A stretch of 64,000 nucleotides of DNA from Eledone cirrhosa (Eukaryota), in the NCBI GenBank assembly GCA_964016885.1, contig OZ024742.1, positions 223,510,001 to 223,574,000 of the forward strand, read 5' to 3'. Below are positions 1 through 13,879 of this stretch, piece by piece. The notes beneath the pieces were generated by a model. The model made no database searches, had not been told where the DNA came from, and saw only the letters and a list, made by a program, of their open reading frames with translations. The position numbers and the translations under genes are program-made. Each line of letters starts with the position of its first letter. Within the stretch, counting starts at the first letter, position 1.

Positions 1-400
1 GTCAGGGTGGCGGTGGTAGACCCAACATTGGTGTTGAGGAGAAGAAGCCCATGCTTAGTGGTTATTGTAGGGCCTGGGGGTGGAAGATAGACTAAACATT
101 GGTGCTGAGGGGAGGATGGACTAAGCTTAGGGGTTGTTGTAGGGCCAGGGTGGCGGTGGTAGACCCAACATTGGTGTTGAGGAGAAGAAGCCCATGCTTA
201 GTGGTTATTGTAGGGCCTGGGGGTGGAAGATAGACTAAACATTGGTGCTGAGGGGAGGATGGACTAAGCTTAGGGGTTGTTGTAGGGCCAGGGTGGCGGT
301 GGTAGACCCAACATTGGTGTTGAGGAGAAGAAGCCCATGCTTAGTGGTTATTGTAGGGCCTGGAAGGTGGTAGACACAATATTGGTGCTGAAGGGTGGAG
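1..400. repeat. Minisatellite, 143-bp unit made of two diverged ~72-bp subunits
   Basis: GGGTGGCGGTGGTAGACCCAAC recurs at 5, 148 and 291. The period is not a multiple of 3. Confidence 0.9.
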
Positions 401-1244
401 GGATGTGCCACACAGCCACACAAAGACTTATACAAAAACATTTCCAGAACATTACTGTCCATGTCATGAGAAGTTAACTCCTGATGGAGTTGTAGGAGGG
501 TATCATCATGACATACTTGGGCATTTAAATGTGGTGAAGCCTATCCCTCTCAAGATCAGAACATAACTGATTTCTTTCAGAGAAAGAGAAAGGTGAAGAG
601 CGAGAGAGAGAGAGGTGGGGGTGATGTGAAAGAGATATAGTGGAAGAATCAGCTCCAGTATTTGACTGGTACCTTATTTATGGACCTAAAAGGGATGAAA
701 TAACACTACAAATCATATGTTCGAACAACTCTGTCACTTCGCTGTCTAACTAAAAAATTAATTGAATTCAAAACTGGTTAAGGGAGATCCTATCATGACT
801 GTGAAGATAGGGATATTATCAGATAGCTCAGTTTTACCTTAACGAAAACAAGGAATTACACCTATGTCACAAGTGAGTTGTTACACAGGTAAGTTGTCAC
901 ACTTTTCATGGGTATCCAACTGTGAAATGACTCCTTCAATAAATCATATTTAGCTGGTTTGTAAGGAAAACAAAGCAACAAAAAAATGACAGCATGGACA
1001 AATGGATTATGTGAGTGTATATGTGTATGTGTGTGTACGTATGTAGGCATGTACATGTGCATATATGTGTATCTGAATGTATAACACACACATACATACA
1101 TACATATATACATACATACATCATCATTGTTTAACGTCTATCTTTCATGCTAGCATGGAGAATGGCTGCCCCCTCGTTATCGAGTATGGCCATTGCACGG
1201 AAAAAAAACCATAATAATGACAATAATTATAACAACAATAATAA

Positions 1245-1412
1245 TAATTGTTTCTACTTTAGGCACAAGGCCAGCAATTACCCAGTGCATTACTGGTACT
1301 TTATTTTATCGACCCCGTAAGGATGAAAGGCAAAGTCAACCTCGGCGGGATTTGAACTCAGATCGTAAAGGGACGTAACTATGCTGGAAAGCATGGCGTC
1401 CGACCCTCTACT
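1245..1412 (-). mobile_element. tRNA-derived SINE with Nin/Deu-like central domain
   Basis: Reverse complement of the family at 4213: B-box GAGTTCAAATCCC and GCCTTTCATCCTTACGGGGTCGATAAAAT-AGTACCAG domain. Confidence 0.8.
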
Positions 1413-1479
1413 GATATATATATATATATACACACACACACATACACACGCACACACATACACACACACACGATAACAA

Positions 1480-3290
1480 TTAACAGTGTTGCGATCGAAT
1501 GTAGCTTTTTAGCCTAGCCAATGATCTAAAATGTCTTGCACAGAGTCGGCACCCAAAACATTCACTGGGAATAGCCGGCTGTGGTTGGAGTTCATGTACT
1601 TTTGCATGTCGTTTGAGCCCTCCTGCTGATTTACATTCTCTTCCACATGCTTGGCAGGCATGATGAGTAGCATCTCCAACAGCAGCCTGGTAGTCAACCA
1701 CTGATATCACTTTATGACTACGAAGATGACTTTTGAGGCAGAGTCTCGCAAGATGCTGCATGTCAGTGCCATAGGAAGACCTTCGCTGTCTGGAAATGCA
1801 ACAGTAATGCTCTTCCTCACATCCCTCTTTACTTTCTCGTATGCGATTTGAGATGCCTCAAAGGCAACTTTCCCCTCATATACAGTCTTTCTCCATTTAT
1901 TACGATCAGCAGCAACATTTTCCCATGTATCAGCAGAGATGTTAGTGTCTTTCAAAGAGGCTTTCAACGAATCCTTATACCTCTTTTTTGGTTTATGTGG
2001 ACTCTCCATAAAAGAGTCGCCTTTCTAGCTTTCCAGAAGCATCACTTGCTTTCCTAATACTGAGTGGAATTTCATTATCAAGGTTGCTGTATCGATTGAC
2101 AGTGCTTCCCAGGTAGACAAACTGATCAACCACTCCAAGTCGTTTACCATACACATAGATATTTGGCTCACTGTACTGCTTACCAGGGGCAGGTTGGTAC
2201 ATGACAACGGTTTTCTTGAGACTGACAGTCAATCCTAGGGCAGTGCAAGCATCAGAAAATGCATTCAAAATGTGCTGCATATCACTCTCTGTGGGTGCTA
2301 CAAAATCACAATCATCTGCATGCAAGAGGTCTCTTATGATTGATGTAAATACTTTTGTTTTTGCAGCAAAGCGCCTGATGTTAAATATGCTGCCTGAGGT
2401 TCAATATTGGATGTAAACACCATGCTCGCAATTCCTGAATGCAATATAGAAAACCATTGCAAAGTATGTGGCAAACAGGGTCGGTGTTGGAATATCCCCC
2501 TGTTTCACTCCATTTTTTTTACTGAGATAGGGTCCGACATGTTACCTCCGACATTAACCCAAGCCTTTATGTCGTCATGGAAATACCTAACCAAAGCAAG
2601 GAACTTATCAGGGCAACCAAGTTTCTGGAGAACCTTCCACAATGTATTTCTGTTAACAGTATCGAAAGCTTTTGTCAGATCGACAAAAACCTAATACAAA
2701 TCCAAACCTTGTTCCATACACTTCTCCTGGAGCTGTCTAGCTGAGAAGATCATATCAGTAGTGCCGCATCCAGCATGAAAACCAGATTGACTTTCAGGAA
2801 GAACACAATCTGCAATGTGTGTCAGCAGACGGTCCAGAAGCACCCTACATAAAACTTTCCCTACGACAGAAAGCAATGATATACCTCTGTAGTTTCCACA
2901 ATCATTCTTGTTACCCTTTCCCTTGTACAAGACCACCATTACTGCATCTCTCCCGTCCTCAGGTATGGATTCACTAGCCCATATCCTGCCAAACAAAGAG
3001 TGAAGATGTTGCAGAAGTCTCTCACCACCTTATTGTAAGAGCTCTGCATGTAAGCCATCCATACCTGGAGACCTTCCACTGTTCAGCTTCGAGATAGCTA
3101 CTGCAACCTCCAGAAGTGTCGGTGGTTCTGTGAGAGCTACTTTCACAGGTTTTTCAGGAATGAGATTGAGGAAATCTTCATTGACGACAGACGGCTGATT
3201 CAAAAGTTCATCAAAGTGCCCTCGCCACCTTTGTAGAATTCCTTGTGAGTCACAAAGAAGTTCCTTGCCACCCTGGCTGCGAAGCAGTGT
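1480..3290 (-). pseudogene. Degraded RTE (BovB-like) LINE ORF: RT plus two C-terminal C2H2 zinc fingers
   Basis: ORF fragments contain NYRGISLLSVVGK, LPESQSGF, HADD, FVYLGS, CQACGRECKSAGGLKRHAKVH and CRLCARHFRSLARLKSYIRSQH. Multiple stops and frameshifts. Confidence 0.9.
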
Positions 3291-3413
3291 CACATATATA
3301 TATATACATACATACATATGCACACGCATGCACACACACACACACACACACATATACATTTATATAGTATATGTATGGTAATATTGGGATTTCTCAATAG
3401 AGATCCTCTATTT

Positions 3414-3451
<38 letters not shown>

Positions 3452-3453
<2 letters not shown>

Positions 3454-3926
3454 TAGATTATGAGGTTAACTGAACAGAGATGTGTGAACCACATTATGGT
3501 CTATTGTTTGTGAAGCAGATAAAAAGAAGCAATCAACGACGTGTATAAATGGTGCCAGCTGGAGCATTATATATTATAAAAAGATCGGAGGCCATATTCA
3601 GTTGATTCAAGTTTATTTAAAACTCTGTTATACGTATTTCACTGAGGACTATCAGTTATAATAGCCTGAACTCTTCAGACAGCAAAAATTATAAAAACAA
3701 TGAAAGTTCCTTAAAAAACCTTTATGTTTATATTAAGAAAAGAAAATCTTTTTCAAGGAAGTTATTGGATTTTTCCAAACTTAAAAAGGTTTTTTTTAGG
3801 AACTTTTATTGTTTTTATAGGTTTTTTTGCCATCTGAGGAGCTCAGGCTATCATAACTGATAGTCCCCAGTGAAATATGTCTAACAGTGTTTTGAATAAA
3901 CCTGAACCAACTGAATCTTTTAATAA
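3452..3926 (-). mobile_element. TA-inserted foldback element with hammerhead ribozymes (Penelope-like, non-autonomous)
   Basis: Inverted arms at ~3597-3723 and ~3785-3916, each with a hammerhead core. Flanked by (TA)n and (CA)n. Confidence 0.75.
3625..3682 (-). ncRNA. Type I hammerhead ribozyme
   Basis: Minus strand reads CTGT-CTGAAGA-stem II-GAAA-TACGTA-TA-ACAG. Stem I is CTGT/ACAG and stem III is palindromic. A degenerate + copy lies at ~3829-3887. Confidence 0.7.
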
Positions 3927-3931
3927 TATAT

Positions 3932-3991
<60 letters not shown>

Positions 3992-3994
<3 letters not shown>

Positions 3995-4120
3995 TTTATC
4001 CTGGGTTCAATTGGGGGTAACCACAATAAGTAAGGTACTCAATACATAGCAGAGTATAAATATTTAATATAGAAATGGCTTCTACAGGACTAGAACTGTT
4101 TCATTTGAGAGAAATCATCA
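3992..4120 (-). mobile_element. Short TA-flanked element with a 5'-truncated hammerhead core and TTGAGTAC tail motif
   Basis: Minus strand TGATGA-TTT-CTCTC-AAAT-GAAAC abuts (TA)n. GTACTCAA at ~4036. Confidence 0.5.
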
Positions 4121-4212
4121 TATATATATATATATATATACATACATATTATACTCATCATTATCATTAACATATATATACATACATATTATACTCATCA
4201 TTATCATTAACA

Positions 4213-4405
4213 AGGGCGGTGGATTGGCAGTATCGGTGGAGGGTCGGACGCCATGCTTTCCAGCATAGTTACGTCCCTTTACGATCTGAGTTCAAATCCC
4301 GCCGAGGTTGACTTTGCCTTTCATCCTTACGGGGTCGATAAAATAAAGTACCAGTAATGCACTGGGTAATTGCTGGCCTTGTGCCTAAAGTAGAAACAAT
4401 TATCA
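4213..4405 (+). mobile_element. Nin/Deu-domain tRNA SINE with target-site duplication
   Basis: A-box/B-box-like head and Nin-like domain. TTATCATTAACA is duplicated on both sides. Confidence 0.85.
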
Positions 4406-4461
4406 TTAACATGGAAAGCATTGAGGGTGGGAAGCATAAACTTATGATAATGATACACACA

Positions 4462-4520
<59 letters not shown>

Positions 4521-5044
4521 GCACACACACGTACGCATGTATGTATGTGATGGATGCAAGCTGTTTGGGGTATTTTAGATGATAACATTAGGAAGTAAAG
4601 GTTATCATTGCCAAGGTGGAAATAGGACTGAAAATCTACTCTCTATTAAAATGTTCCAAATAGCTTGCATCTCATATAACCTCTGACAACTGAAGCTCTG
4701 CTCCTGGCCTTTCCATGAAACTCACAAGGAGGAGGGCCTAAGGCAAGTTACTAGCATCTTAAACCTAATTCTACCAAGTAGACAGAACTCATTAGCCTTG
4801 GGTGGCAGTTTGTCTAGAAGGGTCACTCTTATTTCAAAACTGTTATGACAACCTATTTGTGCAAAGGAACTCAGAAACCCCCCGGTTGGTGTCAGGATAC
4901 ACAGTATGTCCACTAGGAGTGAAGGACCCTAGGAGTGTAGCTGTTGTTATGGCATTCTTCTTAAGAGAAGGAAACTCTGAGGTAAAACCTGCAGTTTATG
5001 TGATTACTGATCATCTTGCTTGGGCTTGTCATCAAATAATAACC

Positions 5045-5330
5045 ACTGAGACTTTTATTTTGGTACCACAAAACATCCAGCCCACACTGTAAAGTGGTCA
5101 TGTAGGTGTCATGACAAAAAGCACCCAGTCCACACTGTAAAGTGGTCGTATAAAAGACACAGCAAAAAGCAGCCAGCACATACTGTAAATGTGGTTGGCA
5201 CTATGAAGGGCAGAAACAGTCCTATATGAGTGAGACATGGTCACTTGACCCAACTTGCCACTAAATGAGACAAATGCATCTAACCCAGCGCTAGCATGGA
5301 AGATAGATAACCATTTGTCACTATAATACA
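5045..5330 (+). mobile_element. RTE 3'-UTR fragment with ~44-bp internal repeats
   Basis: CCACACTGTAAAGTGGT repeats and the GCTAGCATGGAA end match the RTE 3' UTRs in this window. Confidence 0.7.
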
Positions 5331-6345
5331 TCATGTACTGATGTCCCTTTTGCAATCTTCTCATCTGTCATTCCATCTCCAACCCATGCAAGCTCGAGCT
5401 CTGAATTTTTGGCACCATATAGACATTGAGCCTATTAGGGCTGACATGTGAATATGTGCCAATGAAATACTACCATGTCCGCTGTTTCACCACCTTGGGA
5501 GATGTAGTATAAGTGGGGACCAGTCATGGTTCCCCAGTCACGTGTGATGATGTGTCCTATGTTTAAGTGTTTTCATTGCCTGGAGGTGGGGGTCATGCTG
5601 TTGCTTTTTGTTGTCAGATTGGAAAGTCACCACCTTGCACATGAGAGGTTGTAAACTTCTAGGAATGATTGAGGTGATGTTGAAAAGGCTGTCCTCTGAC
5701 AAGAAGAAGCGATCATCAGTATATATGTATGTTAATGACATGTCGCTCTTCAGTGCTACTGGTAACATGTAATCCAGTACAACATGTGCATGATCGGATC
5801 ATTAGCGATTAAACCAGCAACCACACCAAGCTTGTTTGATGAGGAGGGTAATTTTGGATACCCTGCAGGATGAAAAACGAAACCCATCAAAGGGTGGAGG
5901 AACTCATCTGAGTCAACGGCCATCTAATAAAATATTTTTTTTTTGTGGAACAAGAGACTCCTTGTCTTCATTAAGACATCTCTCTAGGAGAAGGTCACTC
6001 TGATATAAAACCTATGACTTCATTTGCATCCAATGATGTAGACCAGTTCTTTTTGGAGGATAAATGCATTCGATGTTCAGAGAGTGCAAAGCCTTTCCTC
6101 ACTTAAAAGAGCTTCAAACACAGGCATCGCTTGATACGTGACATTTGTTAGCGATGCATGGTATTACTGGCCATCTGTAAGTCCCTAGCAGGATTAGGAA
6201 GCCACGTCCGTGATGCTCATGCTTAAGTATCAAGCAATGGCATTACTCGAAATCAAGTTGCAGCTATCATCATGTATGTATGTATGTATGTATGTATGTA
6301 TGTATGTATGTATGTATGTATGTACGTGTATGTATGTATGTATGT

Positions 6346-6702
6346 ATCTGATATAACACCTGCAACCCTGATGGTATCCAATGATGTTGACTTGTTCTTC
6401 TTTTTGGTAAATATCATCTTGGTTAAGAGAGTGGGACTGGCTTTGTGCAGTGCCTTTGTTCACTATAAAAGCTTCACGGCACAGGCATTGCTTTATATCT
6501 GGAGATCTCTCTGCACTTGTCGTCACATGGTACCATGGGCCCAGCCCTATGTGTCAATAATTGTCACAAGTGTAGTGTTTGTACCAGAGTTTTCAAGTCG
6601 CTGGCTGGACTAAAAAGTCACACTCGTTCAGCGCATCGGTAGGAGTTCACCTACATGGATATAAAGTAGTGGCCGTACTCGAAAACGAGTTGGCAGCCAC
6701 CA
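6346..6702 (+). mobile_element. 5'-truncated copy of the non-autonomous RTE derivative at 36045-36640
   Basis: Near identical to 36283-36640. Encodes HKCSVCTRVFKSLAGLKSHTRSAHR*. Confidence 0.8.
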
Positions 6703-7414
6703 TGTATGTATGTATCCAAAAGTGTGTAAATATGTATATACACATGTACCGCACAGTTAAACCACTGCGAGTGAAGGACCCCTAGCCTTTGTCAGGGCAT
6801 TCTTCTAGGAGAAGGCAACTCAGGAAACTGGGATAACTCCGACATAAAACCTGCGGCTCAGTAGTTACCGATGATGTTGATCTTTTCTTCTTTTCGGGTT
6901 ATAGCTACTGTCGCTCAGAGAGTGGGATTGGCTCAGTGCACAGTCTTTCCTCACTTTAAAAAATATCTTCACGTACAGGCATTGCACGATAGGATTAATT
7001 AATAATTATTAATAATGGTATATCGTGCATTGGCCATACTCGATAACGAGGGGGCAGCCATCATGTATGTGTGTATGTATGCATGTATGCATGTATGTAT
7101 GTCATCATCATATTTATATCCATATTTCCATGTTGTTCTGTGTTGGATAAGTTGTCAGTTCTCATTCAGAGTAACTGTTCTCATATATAAATGTGGCACT
7201 CTTGTATATGTGTGTGTGTGTGTGCACATGTCAGTCTGTCTGTCTGCGTGTGTGTATGTGTATCTGCGTTGAGTGTATGCATGTGTGTTTGTGTGTGAGT
7301 TTGTATATATGGCTCTGAGTGCATGTATATAACAATGCCTGTGTGTGTATATGATTGTGAGTATGTGTATGTGACTATGAGTGGTTATATTTGGGACTTT
7401 CATATCATATTTAT

Positions 7415-8262
7415 CACCACCACCACCACCACAACTACAATCACCACCACTACCACCACAACAACAACAACCACCACCACCACCACTACCACCACCACCA
7501 CCACCACCACAACTACAATCACCACCACTACCACCACAACAACAACAACCACCACCACCACCACTACCACCACCACCACCACCACCACAACTACAATCAC
7601 CACCACTACCACCACAACAACCACCACCACCACCACCACCATCGCCACCACCACAACTACCACCACTACCACCACAACAACAACAACCACCACCACCACA
7701 ACTACCATCACCACAACAATCACTACCACCACTACTACCACCATCACCACCACTACCACCACAACAACAACCACCACCACCACAACTGCCATCACCACAA
7801 CAATCACTACCACCACTACTACCACCATCACCACCACAACAACCACCACCACCACCACAACCACCACCACCACTACCACCACCACAACAATCACTACCAC
7901 CATCACCACCACCACCACATCAACCACCACCACCACCACCACCACCACCACCACCACAACTACCACCACCACAACAATCACTACCACCACTACTACCACC
8001 ACCACCACCACAACCACCACCACCACCACCACCACCACCACAACCACCACCACCACCACCACCACCACCACCACCACCACTACCATCACCACAACAATCA
8101 CTACCACCACTACTACCACCATCACCACCACCACCACAACCACAACCACCACCACCACCACAACAACGACCACCACCACCACCACCACCACCACCACCAC
8201 CACTACCACCACCACCACCACCATCACCACCACCACAACCACCACCACCACCACCACCACCA
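7415..8262. repeat. ~850-bp compound (CAC/CAA/TAC)n trinucleotide array
   Basis: Read directly from the sequence. Produces spurious poly-T, poly-P, poly-H and poly-V ORFs. Confidence 0.95.
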
Positions 8263-8484
8263 GTCAACTGCATTTATGATGTTCAGCCCATTTGATATCA
8301 ACTTTCACCACTTCTTACCATGGTTTCTTCTACCTGTTTCTAAAATTCTTTTCACCTGTATGGATCACATTACACTCTTCTCCCACCTGTCATCCACCCA
8401 TACACATCACATGTCTATACCAGCTCAGTCCTCTCTCTTGCTTACACCTTCTCATTTCAATTATAATCAGTTCTGACATTTAGT

Positions 8485-8820
8485 GTTCCACTTGTTCAAT
8501 CAAGTGACTGAGTATTTCACAGACACATGTACCCTTAACATAATTCTCAGGGAGATTCAGTGTCATGCAGTATGTGAAAATGCTGGACTTTTGAATTACA
8601 GATACAATCTATCTTGTTTTATAGTTCAAGTGACTGAGCATTCCACAAATACATATACCCTTAATGTAATTCTCAGGGAGATTCAGCATAACTTGCTGAA
8701 TGACATGGTTGAACCTTTGAATTACAAATATGATTCATTTTGAATTATATTGTAAGTGGCTGAGCATTCCACTGACGTATGTACCCTTAATGTAACTTTC
8801 AGGGAGATTCAACATGGCAC
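8485..8820 (-). repeat. Three tandem degenerate SINE fragments (family of 18985-19300)
   Basis: CAAGTGRCTGAGYATT...TCAGGGAGATTCA is repeated three times. Confidence 0.7.
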
Positions 8821-8825
8821 AATGT

Positions 8826-9720
8826 ATAAATCGAAACTATTCAATGTGGGAGTCAGACTCCGCCAAGGGTGCATACTGTCACCTTTCCTGCTCATTATTT
8901 ACATGAATAGGATTGACATGCACCACCGGGCTGGAAGTGGTATCATGACTGGAGGGTGTAAAATCAATTGACTAGAATTTGCAGACGACATGGTGTTACT
9001 TAATTCGACAGAGGGTGATCTACAGCTTGCACTTGATAGGTTTGATGCCGAGTGCAGCATGGCTGGAATGAAAACCAGTGCTGCAAAAACTAAGATGCTT
9101 GTCTTCTCAAGGAAGTCTGTGCAGTGCACTCGACATGTGAATGGAGTTCCACTGAAGCATGTGGAGAAGTTCAAATATCTTGGGGTCATGTTCACAAGTG
9201 ATGGAAGGTAGGAGGCTGAATTAGGTGTAAGAATTGCAGAAGCTGGTGCAGTAATACACCAGCTTCAGCATTCAGAAGGGAGGTAGGTGTAAAAGCCAAA
9301 CTCACTATCTTCAATTCAGTATTTGTGCCAACCCTTACCTATCATCATGAATCTTGGGTAATGACTGAAGGAATACAATATAAATTGCTGAAAGGGAGTT
9401 TCTCTGAAGTGTTTTTGGAGTAACATTACTCGATAAAGTGCGTAGCTCAGAGATCAGAGAGTCACTCCAGGTAGAGCCACTACTTTTCTGAATTGAGATA
9501 TCATAGCTCTGATGTTATGGGCATGTGGTTTGAATGTCTCAGGAAAGAATCGCTGGAGAGATTTTACAAGTAAAACACCCCGAGCAAGAGGTGGAAAACA
9601 TCCATGAACTTGATTGGTTTTGCTTGGGGATCCAGTCAGATCACTTGGAGACAGTTGCTTCTGGTAGAACCCGCTGGAAGGAGTGTTTGAGGACTCATGT
9701 CAGCATGACCCCCTCAGGAA

Positions 9721-9767
<47 letters not shown>

Positions 9768-9843
9768 AGAAGAAGAAGAAGAAGAAGAAGAAGAAGAAGA
9801 AGAAGAAGAAGAAGAAGAAGAAGAAGAAGAAGAAGAAGAAGAA
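8826..9843 (+). mobile_element. 5'-truncated, degraded RTE-type LINE RT ending in a (GAA)n tail
   Basis: RLRQGCILSPFLL, FADD, KTKMLVFS and EKFKYLG motifs. (GAA)n at ~9718-9843. Confidence 0.8.
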
Positions 9844-11187
9844 TTTTAGCTATATCAACTCATCAATATTACACATCCAGCAAACCATGCTCACCACATA
9901 TATTCCTGCTTTCACACATTCTCCATTTTTCAAGGTCCTTGTCTTTTTACCATACATTATACTTCATACACATGTATCATACAATCTACTCTTCATTTAG
10001 GGGATATTATCTTTGATAGCATCCAGTTTTTACCTTAGAAACAATGCTCTTTCAGCTGTCCCCTCCTCAGTAAATATTAAAAAAATATCAATGACATCTA
10101 TGGTACCTTCTGAATATTTCATCCTTTTATTTCTGCTTTCCATGTTAGCATGTGTTGGATGGGTTTTTACAATCTGAGATGAGTAGAAGAGACCTGATCT
10201 TGCTCATATCTTGGCATGGTTTCTACAGCTCGGTGCTCTACCTAATTCTAACCCCTTTACAGAGTGTACTGTGGTGTATTTTATCATGGCACCAACACCA
10301 AAGAGGAATCTATTTCATGTGTGCTGTGCTCTTGTTGCTTTCTTTTCATGTGCATCCTCTGTATACAAAGTCTACCTTCTCTGCCAGCCTTCCTTTAATG
10401 CCTCTACATATATTGGGCATCCAAAAGTTGTGTCAAGGGCATGAAAACCTCTCTAGTATTGGTGATCTACATGATAAAACACCCCTAGTACACTCTGTAA
10501 GGTGGTTAGTGATAGGAAAAGCATCCAACCATAGAAAATTTGCCAAACAAAGAGTTGAGAGGACTCTTCAGTCGTGTCGAATGCACAACAACCTCCCTAG
10601 TGCTGATGCAATGATAAAATATACCCAGTACAAAATCTAACCAATACTAGCAGGGAAAATGGATGTTAATTGATGATGATGGTAATGATGATGATGATGA
10701 TGACAATGACAATGATAATGATGTTGATGACTGTTCCTTATTGAACAGACAGATGGTATCATGGGTAAGAGGGTAGAAACAATAATCAGATAGTTCAGTT
10801 TTACCTTAATGAAAACAAGGTATTAAACCTACATCACAGGTGAGTTGTTACACCTTTCAAGGGTATTCAACTGTGAAAACACTTCAATAACTCACATTTA
10901 ACTAATTTGTAAGGACCCCCCCCCCCCCCCAAAAAAAAAAAGAAACAAACAAATACAAATCCCCACTAAATGTAGACAAATGAATGTATTAGTATGTATA
11001 TAGGTATGTGTGTGTACATATGTATATATATGGTTTGGTCTCTTCCCATCCTCATTGCAGGATGTTAAGGACCATGAACAATTGCACGCCTGATCATCTA
11101 TATGATGAGCATTAGTGGGTTTTGAATCCTCGTCTGACAATTACTTGGAAGCTGGTTACCAAAGTGCAGCTCATCTGCTTTCATTTA

Positions 11188-11356
11188 GATTGGCAGTATC
11201 GGTAGAGGCTCGGACGCCATGCTTTCCAGCTTAGTTACGTCCCTTTACGATCTGAGTTCAAATCCCGCCGAGGTTGACTTTGCCTTTCATCCTTACGGGG
11301 TCGATAAAATAAAGTACCAGTAATGCTGGCCTTGTGCCTAAAGTAGAAACAATTAT
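11188..11356 (+). mobile_element. Nin/Deu-domain tRNA SINE
   Basis: Near identical to the copy at 4213. Confidence 0.85.
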
Positions 11357-11980
11357 AATAATGAAAATTATTGTGTACAGTGCTCAGGTGCACTACAACT
11401 CATCAAAGGTGCATGTATAGTACATAGAATAATGTACAAATGTCAGGAAAGTGAACAGTATATGAGTCATGATATACACACAGATACATGTGTGCATGTG
11501 TATGGAGTAGGAATATCAGGTGTGGTGTTGGCGAGTTTTGGGAAGCATCGAAGTTTTGAAGGATGCAGTGTCCTGACAGCTAACAACTGATGCAGGTAAT
11601 TTGTTCCATGCTTCAGTAACTCTGAGTGTGAAAATTGTTTCTGTGCTGTTTTCTGACTTTGTAAGCATGTCCACGGGTGTTAGCCACTTGGAATTCAAAA
11701 AAGTGCTCAGGGTTGTTGTTGGCAAGATGGTTAATAATTTTGTGGGTTTCCAGACATCAGAGCTTTAATGTATCCATGTCCAGGGAAGCAAGGTGTTCAG
11801 AGTATAGTAGATGTCTGATGGAGGGTATTCGCTTGGTTGCACGTCTCTGAAGTTTCCAGGAGGTGAACATTCCCAGCAAGATAGGGGTTCCAGACTGGCG
11901 ATGCAAATTGTAAGTTTCACCGCACCATAACTATATACAGCCACAAGGATGAAGTTGTTGGCCACTTGAAATGTCACTAA
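11357..11980 (-). mobile_element. CR1 LINE 3' fragment
   Basis: FTLRVTEAWNKLP motif. 3' UTR matches 55970-56250. Confidence 0.85.
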
Positions 11981-12438
11981 GATGACGAAGGGATCCCATC
12001 TACTCTATTTTTGATATCAGAGTGATCCTTCTTCTAAACAGATAGTTAAACAAGGCAAACAAGCTCTGTCAACCCTTTATTTTAATTTTATTATTTTGTT
12101 GGGGGGGGGGGGGGGCACACTATTGGATGGTCGTTGACTCTCCTGAGTTCCTTTGTCCATTGATGGGTTTCCTTTGTCATCTCACTTGCTGGGGTTTAGT
12201 TACTAATGACTTGACAATGTAACAGGCTGGACTGGGTTAGATGTTACCAGTAGTTCTCAAGAGTGACCTCACACACACACACACATATATATATCATTAT
12301 CAAAGACCAAGTCAGTTTTTAATCATGGTACACGCTAGGGACCACATCTTACTTACATACATTCCCACACACAGAGTGCACTACATACATTACATATATA
12401 TATATATATTGTTTTTAAATATATATGTGTGTGTATTG

Positions 12439-12720
12439 TGGAGGCATGTGGCCTAGTGGTAAGGGTGTTGGATTTACGATCAGAATGTTGTGGGTTCAAT
12501 TCCTGGGCTGCGTGTTGTGTTCTTGAGCAAAACACATCATTTCATGTTGCTCCAGTATACTCAGCTGAAAATGAGTACCAGCAATAGCTGGGGGTTTAAC
12601 CCTGCGATTGACTGGTGCCCTGTCCAGGGAGAGTCTTCTACCCTCAGTCACTTCATGCATGAAACCGGGATAAGCACCGGCTAAATAAACCTTCTGGCTT
12701 AAGACAGACTTTAGACTTAG
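12439..12720 (+). mobile_element. tRNA-derived SINE (Meta/CORE-like central domain)
   Basis: A-box TGGCCTAGTGG, B-box GGTTCAATTCC, then TGTGTTCTTGAGCAAAACAC. Confidence 0.75.
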
Positions 12721-12769
12721 ATGTGTGTATGTGTACGGTACAAAGAACTACTACTAAACGAGCTAATCA

Positions 12770-13078
12770 CCACTGTCAGGTAACACATTTCAGAGTTGCC
12801 ACTTTCAATGTGGGCACTATGAAAGGAAGATTAGGAGAAATTGTGGAGTTTCTTAGGAGGAGACGGGTGGATATATGATGTGTAAAAGAGGTGAGATGGA
12901 AGGGTGCTTCCATCAAAACTACTCACAGGCAAATAACATAGCTATAAGCTTTTCTGAGTAGGAAATAAGAATGGAGTAGATGGAGTAGGCATTCTACTAG
13001 TTGAGAAATGGATAGAGAAGGTTATAGAGGTAGTTAGAGTAAGTGACAGAGTTATCAAGCACAAAGTAGTCATAAGCA
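12770..13078 (+). pseudogene. RTE endonuclease (APE) N-terminal fragment
   Basis: Translates as FRVATFNVGTMKGRLGEIVEFLRRRRVDI*CVKEVRWKG, homologous to 14295-14410. Confidence 0.8.
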
Positions 13079-13225
13079 ATATGAACTCCTATAATGGAAA
13101 AAATGGGAATCATCATGCATGGGATGCCCATTTTGTTTTTATTATGGTGGTGTGGGTTTCATATGCCCTGTTCCTAGACTATTTTCTGTAGTCAAAATAT
13201 GGTGAAAGCTTATAATTCTATTTTC

Positions 13226-13425
13226 NNNNNNNNNNNNNNNNNNNNNNNNNNNNNNNNNNNNNNNNNNNNNNNNNNNNNNNNNNNNNNNNNNNNNNNNNNN
13301 NNNNNNNNNNNNNNNNNNNNNNNNNNNNNNNNNNNNNNNNNNNNNNNNNNNNNNNNNNNNNNNNNNNNNNNNNNNNNNNNNNNNNNNNNNNNNNNNNNNN
13401 NNNNNNNNNNNNNNNNNNNNNNNNN
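13226..13425. other. Assembly gap (200 N)
   Basis: Run of N. Confidence 1.
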
Positions 13426-13502
13426 CCACGAGGGGCTGCGGTCAGCCACAATCTCTCTCCCCCTTCCCCCCTCTTCTTTCTTCCCCCCTCTCTCTCTCTT
13501 AG

Positions 13503-13574
<72 letters not shown>

Positions 13575-13879
13575 TATAAGATAAGTTCTCCTTCATGTTT
13601 ATTCACTTTCGCCAATCCACCGCTGCTTCAATTATTCCTACTACGGTGTACTCATGTAAATCGTAAAGTACAAATTTTTCTCCATCTATTCCACGCTCAA
13701 TTTCGTACATAGTCCAAACATCCAATCTCGCAAAATCCGAATCTGTATTTTTTTGTTATCTATTTAAGGTTTAAATACGGTGTTTTTGTCGTATTGAACA
13801 GAACAAATCTTGCAGTTTTGCTTTTTGTTAAATCGCTTGTTAAACATTCATAACCTTCCAGCTAGCTACCCCCACCACC

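Noticed and set aside
820-945. Block repeated at 10785-10895 with splice-like signals on the minus strand
   Set aside because: No conserved reading frame between the copies; most likely an old dispersed repeat.
4213-4310. tRNA-like A/B boxes here and in the other SINE heads
   Set aside because: They are SINE heads continuous with repeat bodies and do not form cloverleaf tRNA genes.
7323-8476. 300-360 aa poly-Thr, poly-Pro and poly-His ORFs resembling mucin or extensin
   Set aside because: They are a consequence of a stop-free trinucleotide array, with no unique coding sequence or splice context.
9534-10016. Poly-Arg and poly-Lys ORFs
   Set aside because: They translate the (GAA)n tail of a LINE.
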